Assembly: GCA_027061945.1 (NCBI GenBank)
Contig: JAMOVR010000065.1
Coordinates: 1 to 57,087 of the forward strand
DNA length: 57,087 nt
From: Candidatus Heimdallarchaeota archaeon
Lineage (GTDB): Archaea; Asgardarchaeota; Heimdallarchaeia; Heimdallarchaeales; JAJRWK01
Direction of reading: 5' to 3'
Every line of letters starts with the position of its first letter. Position 1 is the first letter of the stretch. Made by a program: the position numbers and the translations under genes. Positions 18,502 to 27,157 of the stretch are shown here, piece after piece. Below the pieces are notes generated by a model. The model was not told the origin of the DNA. It saw only the letters and a list, made by a program, of their open reading frames with translations, and did no database searches.

Positions 18502-20037
18502 CTAATTTTTGATTTTTCTTCTCATCATTACGGGGATAGCAATTATTGCTAAGAAATAGAATGCTTGTGTAATGGTAAATCCAGGCACTTCTTTAACAGT
18601 GGGATTAATTACTCCTAATTCTTCTAATTGGGATGTTATATTTTGCAATAAATTAAGTTTGAAATCTTCCCATTCTGACTGTTTTTCGTTTCGGTAGTTC
18701 AAGTCTTCAATGATTTTCGTGTTTATTTGTTTTGCTTCATCTTCTGTTATTGCTGGTGTTGCATATATCTTTAGTAAATTATTAAATTGCTCGTCATTTA
18801 ATTGTTTATTCTGGTACCCTGATACCATGTTTTTCCATACCGTTCTTAATTGTTGGTGCACACGAGTAATTGTTGCCTGGAAGTGGTATCTCATTGCTTC
18901 TTCCAAGCTCAAAGCACGGTCCTCGTTGAAAGTAATACTTTCAGTGTGTAATGCCTTAATATACACCTCTTGGAGGTCTTCTCTTTGTTGTCCGATAGTG
19001 GTATTAAAGGCATCTGCTCTTATGGGGAGACGATTGATCTCAGGATCAAGCCATAGTGCTTGTCCTTCTTGGCTAAAAATGAATTTTAAGAACGCATTAG
19101 CTGCGTCTGGATGTGCTGGATTTAATGCTAATGCAACAGGATCTCCATTTACAATACTTGCATTCTTAGGAATAACATATTCACAATCAGGGTTTTCCAT
19201 TTGAGCTTTGAACCCATAGAAATCGATAGTCATTGCGGCTGCAACTGTTCCGTCAATGACTTGTTGTCTTGTTGAGACAGATCCATCAAAAATTGCACCA
19301 TTTCCAGCCATTCTATAAAGGATTTCCCAACCTTTTTCCCATCCATACTTTTGTAGTATGATTTGGTATATCCTTGTATTACTAGTAGTTTGTGGTGCAT
19401 CACCCATAGCAACTGTTGGTTGTTCGCTTCTGAAAAAGTCCAATGAAGCTAAGTCTTCCCATGTTTCTGGTGTTGGTAATCCTAATGTGTCTATTACTTT
19501 TTTATTAATTGTAAAACCAAATGAAGAAATTGCATTAGCAACCCATAATAACTGGCCTTGATCATTATAGTATTTCATACTTGCGCCAGAAATAGTGTCG
19601 TTTACTACTGTATTGAGAATGTTTAGTAAGTCGGTATCATTTATTGGTCCAATAGCAGGCCCTGCAGGATCAATCGCTAATGAAGTGAATAAAGTTGGGC
19701 CGCCACCCCAGGCAATGTCTGCACCAACTCTAGGGTTAACCATTGTAGAATAAAAAATTGAGTATGACGTAGGGTTAAATACCTGGATTTCATCTGCTGA
19801 AGTTATGCCGACAGTTTGAGCGTACTGTGAATGAATAAAAGCATCAATGAATTTTTCATAAATAATTCTTTCATGCCTGGTCACTATTACCAGTTTTACC
19901 TCATGTAACGATGGATCTCCTAAATCTAGTTTTGGTGTTGCTACCATTACTAGTGACCCTTGTGCAGGGTTAACAATAAGAACTAAGAGAAAAGCCGTAA
20001 CCAAAGGCACAAATAGTGCTTTTTTATTTGGTCTCAT
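18502..20037 (-). CDS. extracellular solute-binding protein of the ABC importer, with PGF-CTERM-like anchor
   Basis: 511 aa. Has an N-terminal signal/TM (ALFVPLVTAFLLVLIV), a family-1 SBP-like body, and the C-terminal tail VPGFTITQAFYFLAIIAIPVMMRRKIKN. It is the first gene of the importer operon. Confidence 0.85.
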   Translation of the reverse strand: MRPNKKALFVPLVTAFLLVLIVNPAQGSLVMVATPKLDLGDPSLHEVKLVIVTRHERIIYEKFIDAFIHSQYAQTVGITSADEIQVFNPTSYSIFYSTMVNPRVGADIAWGGGPTLFTSLAIDPAGPAIGPINDTDLLNILNTVVNDTISGASMKYYNDQGQLLWVANAISSFGFTINKKVIDTLGLPTPETWEDLASLDFFRSEQPTVAMGDAPQTTSNTRIYQIILQKYGWEKGWEILYRMAGNGAIFDGSVSTRQQVIDGTVAAAMTIDFYGFKAQMENPDCEYVIPKNASIVNGDPVALALNPAHPDAANAFLKFIFSQEGQALWLDPEINRLPIRADAFNTTIGQQREDLQEVYIKALHTESITFNEDRALSLEEAMRYHFQATITRVHQQLRTVWKNMVSGYQNKQLNDEQFNNLLKIYATPAITEDEAKQINTKIIEDLNYRNEKQSEWEDFKLNLLQNITSQLEELGVINPTVKEVPGFTITQAFYFLAIIAIPVMMRRKIKN

Positions 20038-20283
20038 GTTTCCACCTTAAAAGTTTTTTACTATTTTCAAGCGTTACTTACATTTGTGGTATCATAAAGA
20101 TTATGTTTTTATTCCCATAAAAAGTAAGCACTAATACACGAAATAGCTTTTTCAAAATACTTACAATGGGTTGTTCTAAAAAAAAAGGACGAGAATTATT
20201 AGAAAACTTTTATTCGAGAATCCAAGTCAATTAATAGGTACTCTACACTTTACTTACTGCTAAGTGCTAATAGGTGATATACA

Positions 20284-20865
20284 ATGTCGTTTTTGTCTAA
20301 ATTACTACTAAAAAAACGGGAACAAGTAAAGGATGCATACGTAACCATAATTGGTCCTCCAAAGGCGGGAAAAACAACTCTTGTCAGGTATTTAGAAACT
20401 GGAAAACCAGTAGAAGAAGAGCTAAGCACGACCTTAGGAATTGAAGTACGGAAAACGGGTGTTCAAATTGACCAATGGAGACTTCGAGCTATTGACACGG
20501 GTGGTCAAAAGATATATCAACAGACCTTCTGGGAATTAGCGGTACAACAAGCAGATGTTGTTATTTTTTTAATTGATGCCACAATAAAGCCAGACACCAA
20601 TCCTGAGTTGTATGAATTAACTAAAGAACAGTTTAGTTATGCGCTTGATATAATCCCTGAAGACGTGCCTTTACTGGTATTAATAAATAAACAAGACTTG
20701 AAAGAGAAGAATCCAATGAACGTTGATGAGGCATTGCAGATCCTTGATTTTGGTTCAATACCAAATCGTTCCATGGCTTTCTATCCGTGCTCTGCAAAAT
20801 ATGGTACCGGCGTGGAGGAAGCTATAAACTGGATTGTTACTCAGTTAGATTCTCAAAAAAGGTGA
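20284..20865 (+). CDS. Ras-superfamily small GTPase, Arf/Sar-like
   Basis: 193 aa. G1 GPPKAGKTT, switch-I T in STTLGIE, G3 DTGGQ, G4 NKQD, G5 CSAKYG. Has an N-terminal amphipathic stretch MSFLSKLLLKK, as in Arf/Arl. An SD-like aggtgat lies upstream. Confidence 0.9.
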   Translation: MSFLSKLLLKKREQVKDAYVTIIGPPKAGKTTLVRYLETGKPVEEELSTTLGIEVRKTGVQIDQWRLRAIDTGGQKIYQQTFWELAVQQADVVIFLIDATIKPDTNPELYELTKEQFSYALDIIPEDVPLLVLINKQDLKEKNPMNVDEALQILDFGSIPNRSMAFYPCSAKYGTGVEEAINWIVTQLDSQKR

Positions 20866-20869
20866 TCCA

Positions 20870-21790
20870 ATGGAGAAAAATAAGACTTTGGAAGTAAATA
20901 TTAAGCCCTTTATAAAGAGAGGGTATGAAAAAATAACGGTCTCTTTAGTTCTTAGGGATACTTCTGAGGGACTGTTATATTTCGAAGAAGGAGGTATTAT
21001 TAACCTTCCTAATGAATATGATTCCTTCTTCCCATTTGGGAATCCACCCCCATTTTTCGCCGGTATGGGTATAAAAAACAAGAAGGTCTATGTCTCCATT
21101 TTCGTAGCAAAAAATATCTCTTTTAACTTAATGATGGAAACAATTCTTGATAAAGACTTTGTAAACCCTCTACTATTTCTTAAATCATTAAAAAAAGAGG
21201 CCGAAAAAATTCTTGAGATTATAAACTCTGAAAATCCTGATCAAATAAACATTGACTTTAAAATAAGAGATGTAAGAGGCAAGGTAACCCTGCCCAAGCT
21301 TGAAGGTTTAGATTCTGTTTTTTATTCTGTTATGTCCAGATCCCCGGTAATGGTAATCGGAGAGGAAGAAAAACTTATTGAATTTTTAGGTAAAATAATC
21401 TATGCATTACCAGACAAAATCCAAAAAAGAACAAGTTTCAAGATAAATCTTGAATACGAAGGAAATGAAAACATTTCTCTTTTTGCGGCAAATCCTAAAT
21501 ATCTTGAATCTTTTAGTTTATTGCTTAATAATGAAGAGCAAATAATTGACATAGTAGATCTCCGCCATAACAAAATATATTCCAATTATGAAGTCAAAGC
21601 ATTACAAACAATCCTTGAAAAAACAAATTTCGACGCAGAATCAGTAAAAGCTTTCTTAACAGATGTATATAAAATGTCTCTTAAAGTTTCTGAAGAATGT
21701 GATCCTAATAAAATTGGAGACTACTACAATATTGATTATGACTTGGCTGATCTCGTAAAAGACACTAGTAATGCTCTTAAACAGATTTAA
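20870..21790 (+). CDS. hypothetical protein co-transcribed with the GTPase (possible Roadblock/longin-like N-terminus)
   Basis: 306 aa. The ATG lies 4 nt after the GTPase stop, and the SD-like ggtgatcc overlaps that stop. The N-terminal ~100 aa (ITVSLVLRDTSEGLLYFEEGG...VYVSIFVAKNISF) resembles a regulatory alpha/beta domain. No firm family call. Confidence 0.7.
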   Translation: MEKNKTLEVNIKPFIKRGYEKITVSLVLRDTSEGLLYFEEGGIINLPNEYDSFFPFGNPPPFFAGMGIKNKKVYVSIFVAKNISFNLMMETILDKDFVNPLLFLKSLKKEAEKILEIINSENPDQINIDFKIRDVRGKVTLPKLEGLDSVFYSVMSRSPVMVIGEEEKLIEFLGKIIYALPDKIQKRTSFKINLEYEGNENISLFAANPKYLESFSLLLNNEEQIIDIVDLRHNKIYSNYEVKALQTILEKTNFDAESVKAFLTDVYKMSLKVSEECDPNKIGDYYNIDYDLADLVKDTSNALKQI

Positions 21791-21808
21791 AAAAAGGTGA
21801 TTAAAAAA

Positions 21809-22636
21809 ATGGTTTTTGAAATATTTGCAGGAACAAACATAGTTCTTATTAGTATTGCTTTTTTGGTACTTGCACTAATTGGTTTCTTTATTATTATATT
21901 CCAATTATGGACTGAAGGAGCTAGTAATGCCTTAGTTAAAAATCTCACATATGGTGCGATAGTTATCTCATTTGGTTATGTTTTAAGCATCACAAATATT
22001 ATCTTAGGAGAACTATATTGGTTAGGTATTACTCATCAATCTAATTTCTACCTTATGCTCTCTCTAAGCTTTTACTATGCAGGATGGTTCTTAGGTCTCC
22101 GATTACTCCTAAAAAAGACTTTCCGCTTGCCAGAAGAAAGAAAACGCAGATACAGTATCTTCATGAATGTGATGATTGGTTTAGTTTTACTGATGCTTGT
22201 ATTCACATTTACAACAAGAACATTAGTAAATAAAATGGGTGAAAATAACCCTATTGTAATTGGACTTTTCATTACCCAAGGGGTGTTGGGATTAATAGTA
22301 TTTATTGTTTTTAAAGAGATGATTAAAGCTGAAATCAATAAAACAGCTTCAAAATTAACAAAAGCTAGATTCTATGTTTTGCATCAGGTAATTATCGTTC
22401 AATTAGTCACATTTGGAGTAATTATTATTGGTGATATCTTAGAATTAATCTTTATAGAACAATTATTGATTTATGAAGTTTTTACCATTGTTATTCTTTC
22501 GCTTTTATCTCTATTGACAGTATGGATGCTTCACGGAATTGTCTATGTCCCTGAAGGAGTTAAAGAACGCTTTGGTATTATGCAAACAAGATTTGAAACA
22601 ATAAAACAAATTGTAACAGAAGAAGATAACGACTAA
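21809..22636 (+). CDS. seven-TM membrane protein, third gene of the GTPase operon
   Basis: Seven hydrophobic segments of ~20-24 aa by eye, with a short acidic cytoplasmic tail. An SD-like aaggtga at 21794-21800 sits 8 nt before the ATG at 21809. The track start, GTG 21797, lies inside that SD. Confidence 0.75.
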   Translation: MVFEIFAGTNIVLISIAFLVLALIGFFIIIFQLWTEGASNALVKNLTYGAIVISFGYVLSITNIILGELYWLGITHQSNFYLMLSLSFYYAGWFLGLRLLLKKTFRLPEERKRRYSIFMNVMIGLVLLMLVFTFTTRTLVNKMGENNPIVIGLFITQGVLGLIVFIVFKEMIKAEINKTASKLTKARFYVLHQVIIVQLVTFGVIIIGDILELIFIEQLLIYEVFTIVILSLLSLLTVWMLHGIVYVPEGVKERFGIMQTRFETIKQIVTEEDND

Positions 22637-22727
22637 TTACTAATTAGGGGCAGGTTGGCTATTTATTTATTAAAATCTCTTTACTATAACTTTTTTTGTT
22701 ATTTTCTTTTCTTGATAATTTTTTCTG

Positions 22728-24596
22728 TTAATATCCAATATACTCCTTCGCAATTTCTCTAAGTTCTATCATGGATAATACATGAAAAACTCTTATTTTT
22801 TTAATGATATTACTTGGGAATGCGGAAATTGGTAAATAAAGTAAAACATGCCCATATTTTTTAGCTAGTTGTCGCGCAAATAAGCTAGGTCTTTCAAGAC
22901 TTATAACGCCAATATACTTTGAGTTTTTTGGTGTTGACCATATAGCTGCGATAATAAGCCGGTCTAAAAACGAATATGTAAAGTCCCTAGGAATTTCTGC
23001 GACTAACCAATAGGGAGGAAACACAGAGATGAGTCCTGCATATTTTGCTCTCCCAATTCCTGGTCCTACTAACAAGTCCGCAGGATTACTCGATACTAAC
23101 GACAAATTACTCTCTTGTTCATGTTCTGCATACCATGTCATTACTTGTTCATATGGTCGATCATCTTTGGTAAATTGTAAAACTATAGTATTTATCTTTG
23201 GTGCGTTTTTAGGAATTTTTTTGACAAATATTTTACCTTCATGGATATGCCTAGTAGTCTCTCTCCAGTCAATGCCATCCATTATTGAAGTAGTAAAAGG
23301 CTCAACAATTACTTGTTCTTCTAAAATCATGTTTTGAAATTTTTTCCTTACTCTTCGCATGAATTTTTCAAAAAATAAGTCCTCTGGAGGATAAGAAAAA
23401 GCACCATTCCCTTTATTCCAAACTTCTCTCCATTCTCCGGGATATTTTTCTGAGGGTGGTGCTTTTATTAAGTCCCAGATCTGTCTATTTTTAGGATTAA
23501 ATGAAAGTACTGGACGAGGATGTCTCTGTTTCAAAGTAATAGATAAATGACTTTTTGGATCTAGGAGATTACCGAAATCAACTATTGGCAAACCTGAGAG
23601 TTTTGATAAGTCCTCTGGATAAAACGGATATTTTACTGTAGCACGATATACTTCTAAAGCATAATCATCATCGACGCCTCCTTTAGCACCTTCCACAATG
23701 TTAAATAATGAAGGAAAGATCCTTCCATCAATAATTGCAAGATTCCTCATATATTGAATCATTTTTTTAAAAGTAGAAAGGCTGATTTCTTCATCAAATT
23801 TTTTTTGATATTCCAATTTGGCTTCTTTTAATAAATCAACTAAAGCATCATCGTGTCTGAATCTGTTCTTATCAAGCCAAAATCGGGCTACAAAGAAAGG
23901 AAGATCAATTATTAGGCGAGGATAAGAGAATGGATGTAGTAATGCTAACTTCCAGTCTATCTCTTCGTTATCTGTTAATGACATCTGTTCTTTTGTCTTA
24001 TTATTTTTATCAAATGATTTTTTTATCGCTGGAACATGCCATAAACCACCTACCCATACAATTTTACTGTTTTTATTGTCTCTACTTTTACTTAGAATTT
24101 TTTTCCCCATCATTTTTCCCCTCACGTCTTCGATCCCCATTTCTTCAATTGTTTGAATAAGAGGTAAAAAACCAGTATATGTTATTATTAATGGATCTGG
24201 AACTGAGACTTGGGGTCCATCTTTTGTAGTTGGAAGGCTATCAACATTTAATATAGATTTTCTTTTTTTTACAGCCCACCAGATAGCTATGCTATTGGCA
24301 TCCCCTGGGTGTATTAAATAAAAATCTAAAGGAACAGGTTCATCTAACCCTGGAATTTTAGTCATAGATTCTGGATTGTACATTATGACTGGTAATGGAA
24401 ACAAATCAATAGCTTCTTCAAGTTTTTTCTCAGAACCAATTGGGTATTCTACGGCTACGATGTGTGGATTTATTTTATTAATTGTCTCTAAAGTTATCTC
24501 CGTACTAACTAAGGAATGATGTATAGCTGGGATTAAATACACATTAGAATCTGCTTTTACAAACCATGGTTGAGGCGTGTCTTTCCAATATACCAT
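22728..24596 (-). CDS. large hypothetical protein with an N-terminal TraB/GumN-like domain
   Basis: 622 aa. VYLIPAIHHSLVSTEITLETINKINPHIVAVEYP and later IVWVGGLWHVPAI resemble the two conserved blocks of the TraB/GumN/ChaN family (GTAHvs...PD.VavE ... vG..Hl.G). The remaining ~400 aa are unassigned. Confidence 0.65.
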   Translation of the reverse strand: MVYWKDTPQPWFVKADSNVYLIPAIHHSLVSTEITLETINKINPHIVAVEYPIGSEKKLEEAIDLFPLPVIMYNPESMTKIPGLDEPVPLDFYLIHPGDANSIAIWWAVKKRKSILNVDSLPTTKDGPQVSVPDPLIITYTGFLPLIQTIEEMGIEDVRGKMMGKKILSKSRDNKNSKIVWVGGLWHVPAIKKSFDKNNKTKEQMSLTDNEEIDWKLALLHPFSYPRLIIDLPFFVARFWLDKNRFRHDDALVDLLKEAKLEYQKKFDEEISLSTFKKMIQYMRNLAIIDGRIFPSLFNIVEGAKGGVDDDYALEVYRATVKYPFYPEDLSKLSGLPIVDFGNLLDPKSHLSITLKQRHPRPVLSFNPKNRQIWDLIKAPPSEKYPGEWREVWNKGNGAFSYPPEDLFFEKFMRRVRKKFQNMILEEQVIVEPFTTSIMDGIDWRETTRHIHEGKIFVKKIPKNAPKINTIVLQFTKDDRPYEQVMTWYAEHEQESNLSLVSSNPADLLVGPGIGRAKYAGLISVFPPYWLVAEIPRDFTYSFLDRLIIAAIWSTPKNSKYIGVISLERPSLFARQLAKKYGHVLLYLPISAFPSNIIKKIRVFHVLSMIELREIAKEYIGY

Positions 24597-24646
24597 TTTT
24601 CCTCAACAAAACCTAATATTCTTCTCATTTCTAACTATTAAAATAA

Positions 24647-24928
24647 CTAAGTTAATCTTTTAGAATAAGACAAACTTGCAAGTTGAAATTTGGTTCTATC
24701 AGTAGATCTCTCCTCCAAAAGGGCGATGATGAGATACATTTTATATCGTTGTGTTTTGTTAGAGATTCCTAAAATTTCGGCGGGAGCGGTTTCTAGCGAC
24801 TCCGATGATGAGAAAAATATATAAAAATAATCTACTTTATTATTCATTCTCTTACAAGAAAATAGTTCTAGGTGAGCATTCTTTTGAAGCAGAAAGTCTT
24901 TTACTTTCCCAAGGAGTAGTTCGCGCAT
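24647..24928 (-). CDS. hypothetical small protein (weak)
   Basis: 93-aa ORF in the gap between 24596 and 25023. Nothing else supports it. Confidence 0.25.
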   Translation of the reverse strand: MRELLLGKVKDFLLQKNAHLELFSCKRMNNKVDYFYIFFSSSESLETAPAEILGISNKTQRYKMYLIIALLEERSTDRTKFQLASLSYSKRLT

Positions 24929-25022
24929 AATCTAAAAAATTTCTTCATTGTTTTTTTTTATTTTCCATAAAAAATTCTAAAAAAATGATTAGATTTAATA
25001 AACCCCTCTATAAACTTTAACT

Positions 25023-25595
25023 GTGTGGGTAATTGACCGTCTTTTCAAGAAATCATCCTCCAAAAAAGCTAAAATCTGTTTTATTGGCCCTTCCGAGGCC
25101 GGAAAGACTACTCTATTAAGATTTCTCGAGACTGGAGAACCAGTACTTGAAGAAATTCATACTACTATTGGAATTAATCTCCGAAAAAAAGCCATAAAAA
25201 TGGGTCCTTGGGAGATAAATATTATTGATACCGGGGGTCAGAAAGTATATCAACAAGTTTTCTGGGAATTGGCAGTACAACAGTCTGATGCAGTTGTTTT
25301 TGTAATCGATGCCACCATTAAACCCGACACTGAACCAGAAAAATTCGCAATGGTAAAGGAACAAGTAAACTATGCTTTAGATATTATAACTGAAGAACAA
25401 CCGTTGTTGTTCCTACTAAACAAACAAGACTTAAAAGAAAAGAATCCAATGAGTGTTGATGAAGCATTTGAAAAACTCGGGATTTCATATCCGAATTCAG
25501 AAATAGTTAATGCTATGGAAATAAGTGCAAAGTATGGTGACGGGGTAGAAGAAGCGATGTTATGGTTAGTAAGTGCAATTGAAAAGTCTAAATAA
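25023..25595 (+). CDS. Ras-superfamily small GTPase, Arf/Sar-like (paralog of 20284..20865)
   Basis: 190 aa, GTG start. G1 GPSEAGKTT, DTGGQ, NKQD, ISAKYG. Long runs are identical to the first GTPase (IDTGGQK, FWELAVQQ, IDATIKPDT, NKQDLKEKNPM). Confidence 0.88.
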   Translation: MWVIDRLFKKSSSKKAKICFIGPSEAGKTTLLRFLETGEPVLEEIHTTIGINLRKKAIKMGPWEINIIDTGGQKVYQQVFWELAVQQSDAVVFVIDATIKPDTEPEKFAMVKEQVNYALDIITEEQPLLFLLNKQDLKEKNPMSVDEAFEKLGISYPNSEIVNAMEISAKYGDGVEEAMLWLVSAIEKSK

Positions 25596-25707
25596 ACTTT
25601 CGAATAATTTTTATTTTTTTCGACTTTTAAAGTATTATTTTATTAATCCTCAGAATTTGTTATTTTAACAAACATAAATACGTTCATTTTTTAATTTAAA
25701 TTTTAAT

Positions 25708-26055
25708 TTAAAGTTCAGAAAAAGCAGTCTCAAGTTTTCTCACAGTAATTGGTTTCAAGATATATGCTTGTGCTTGGATTTCGTTTTTTGTTCCAATGGG
25801 GAGCTCATCATTTGTAATCATTATGATCTTGATTGTTGATTTAATTGACCTAATCTTCTTTGCCACTTCAGCTCCATTTATGTCTGGCATCACAAAGTCA
25901 AGAGTGACGACGTCTGGTTCTAGTTGTTCTACCTTTTTAATTGCTTCTTCACCATTATATGCTACTCCCACAACATCGTGGCCGATTCTCTGGATCATGT
26001 TTTGTAATGCAGCCACTGACAAGCGACTGTCATCTACAATTAGTACCTTGCTCAT
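25708..26055 (-). CDS. single-domain response regulator (CheY-like receiver)
   Basis: 115 aa. Has VLIVDDS, the phospho-acceptor context VVTLDFVMPDINGAEV, and a conserved Lys in YILKP. Confidence 0.9.
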   Translation of the reverse strand: MSKVLIVDDSRLSVAALQNMIQRIGHDVVGVAYNGEEAIKKVEQLEPDVVTLDFVMPDINGAEVAKKIRSIKSTIKIIMITNDELPIGTKNEIQAQAYILKPITVRKLETAFSEL

Positions 26056-26159
26056 TGTTATAAGTTGGAAACCATCTCATTATAGCTTTTCCCTTAATTC
26101 CTAAGAAAATAATACTTTAAAAGTCGAAAAAAATAAAGAGAGAAACGCGCTTTTTTATG

Positions 26160-26939
26160 TTACTCTCCTTTGAATACAGGTTTTCTTTTTTCAAGAAATG
26201 CTGCTACTCCTTCATCTTTGTCTTTTGTAGAAAATAATAATGCAAAAAGACGTGATTCTAACTCTAGCCCATCTCTTAGGCTCATTTGAGACGCTGCTTT
26301 AACGGCTTCTTTTCCTACTTGTAATGTAAATGGGCTCATTTCTGCGATTTGTTTAGCAATGCTCATTGTAAATTCTTCTAACTCCTCTTTTTTAACTACA
26401 AAATCGATTAACCCCCATTCCTCTCCTTTTTTGGCATCAATCATTTTTCCCGTAAGAATCATCCACATAGCTCGACCTTCTCCAATCAAACGCGGAAGTC
26501 TTTGACTACCACCCCATCCAGGGATCAGCCCTAATTTTATCTCTGGTTGTCCTAATTTTGCATTTTCAGAAGCAACTCGGATATCACATGCCATTGCTAA
26601 CTCAAGTCCACCACCAAGGGCATATCCATTAATCATAGCAATTACCGGTTTTCTTAATCGATTTAATTCATAGAAAATGGTATCTGGTCTAAAGTTTTGA
26701 TACATTTCTGCAGCTGTTGCATCTTTAAACTCATTAATATCTGCTCCGGCAATAAATGCCTTTTCTCCGGCGCCAGTAATAACAATTACATGGACTTCTT
26801 TGTTTTCTGCTAACTCTTTAAATACTTGATTAAGCTCATCTCGGGCTTTCTTATTTAACGCATTTAATTTGTCTGGGCGATTAACAATTATTTTGGCAAC
26901 GTGATCTTTTATCTCTACAATTAAAGTTTCATATTGCAT
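26160..26939 (-). CDS. enoyl-CoA hydratase/isomerase (crotonase family)
   Basis: 259 aa. Has VITGAGEKAFIAGADINEF and INGYALGGGLELAMACDIRVA, the oxyanion-hole and catalytic Glu regions. Confidence 0.92.
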   Translation of the reverse strand: MQYETLIVEIKDHVAKIIVNRPDKLNALNKKARDELNQVFKELAENKEVHVIVITGAGEKAFIAGADINEFKDATAAEMYQNFRPDTIFYELNRLRKPVIAMINGYALGGGLELAMACDIRVASENAKLGQPEIKLGLIPGWGGSQRLPRLIGEGRAMWMILTGKMIDAKKGEEWGLIDFVVKKEELEEFTMSIAKQIAEMSPFTLQVGKEAVKAASQMSLRDGLELESRLFALLFSTKDKDEGVAAFLEKRKPVFKGE

Positions 26940-27157
26940 GTTTGCATGTTTCTATTTAACAACAATAAGTTTTCCGAGAACAGTATAATCCATTGCATAT
27001 TCTTTTTCAATATAATAGATTAAACAGCCTAAGAACCCCTTAAAATTTTATAGCCCAACTCTTTTTATTTTTAATAATACTTCCCCACAACATAAGAAAG
27101 GTTAATAAAAATAAAAACTACTCCAACATGACTGCTTATTAATAAGCGGGTGAGAAT

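Noticed and set aside
24647-24928. Possible function for the 93-aa ORF between the TraB-like gene and the second GTPase
   Set aside because: It is kept only as a low-confidence CDS, with no motif, no SD and no support beyond being an open frame in a gap. I did not build any hypothesis on it.
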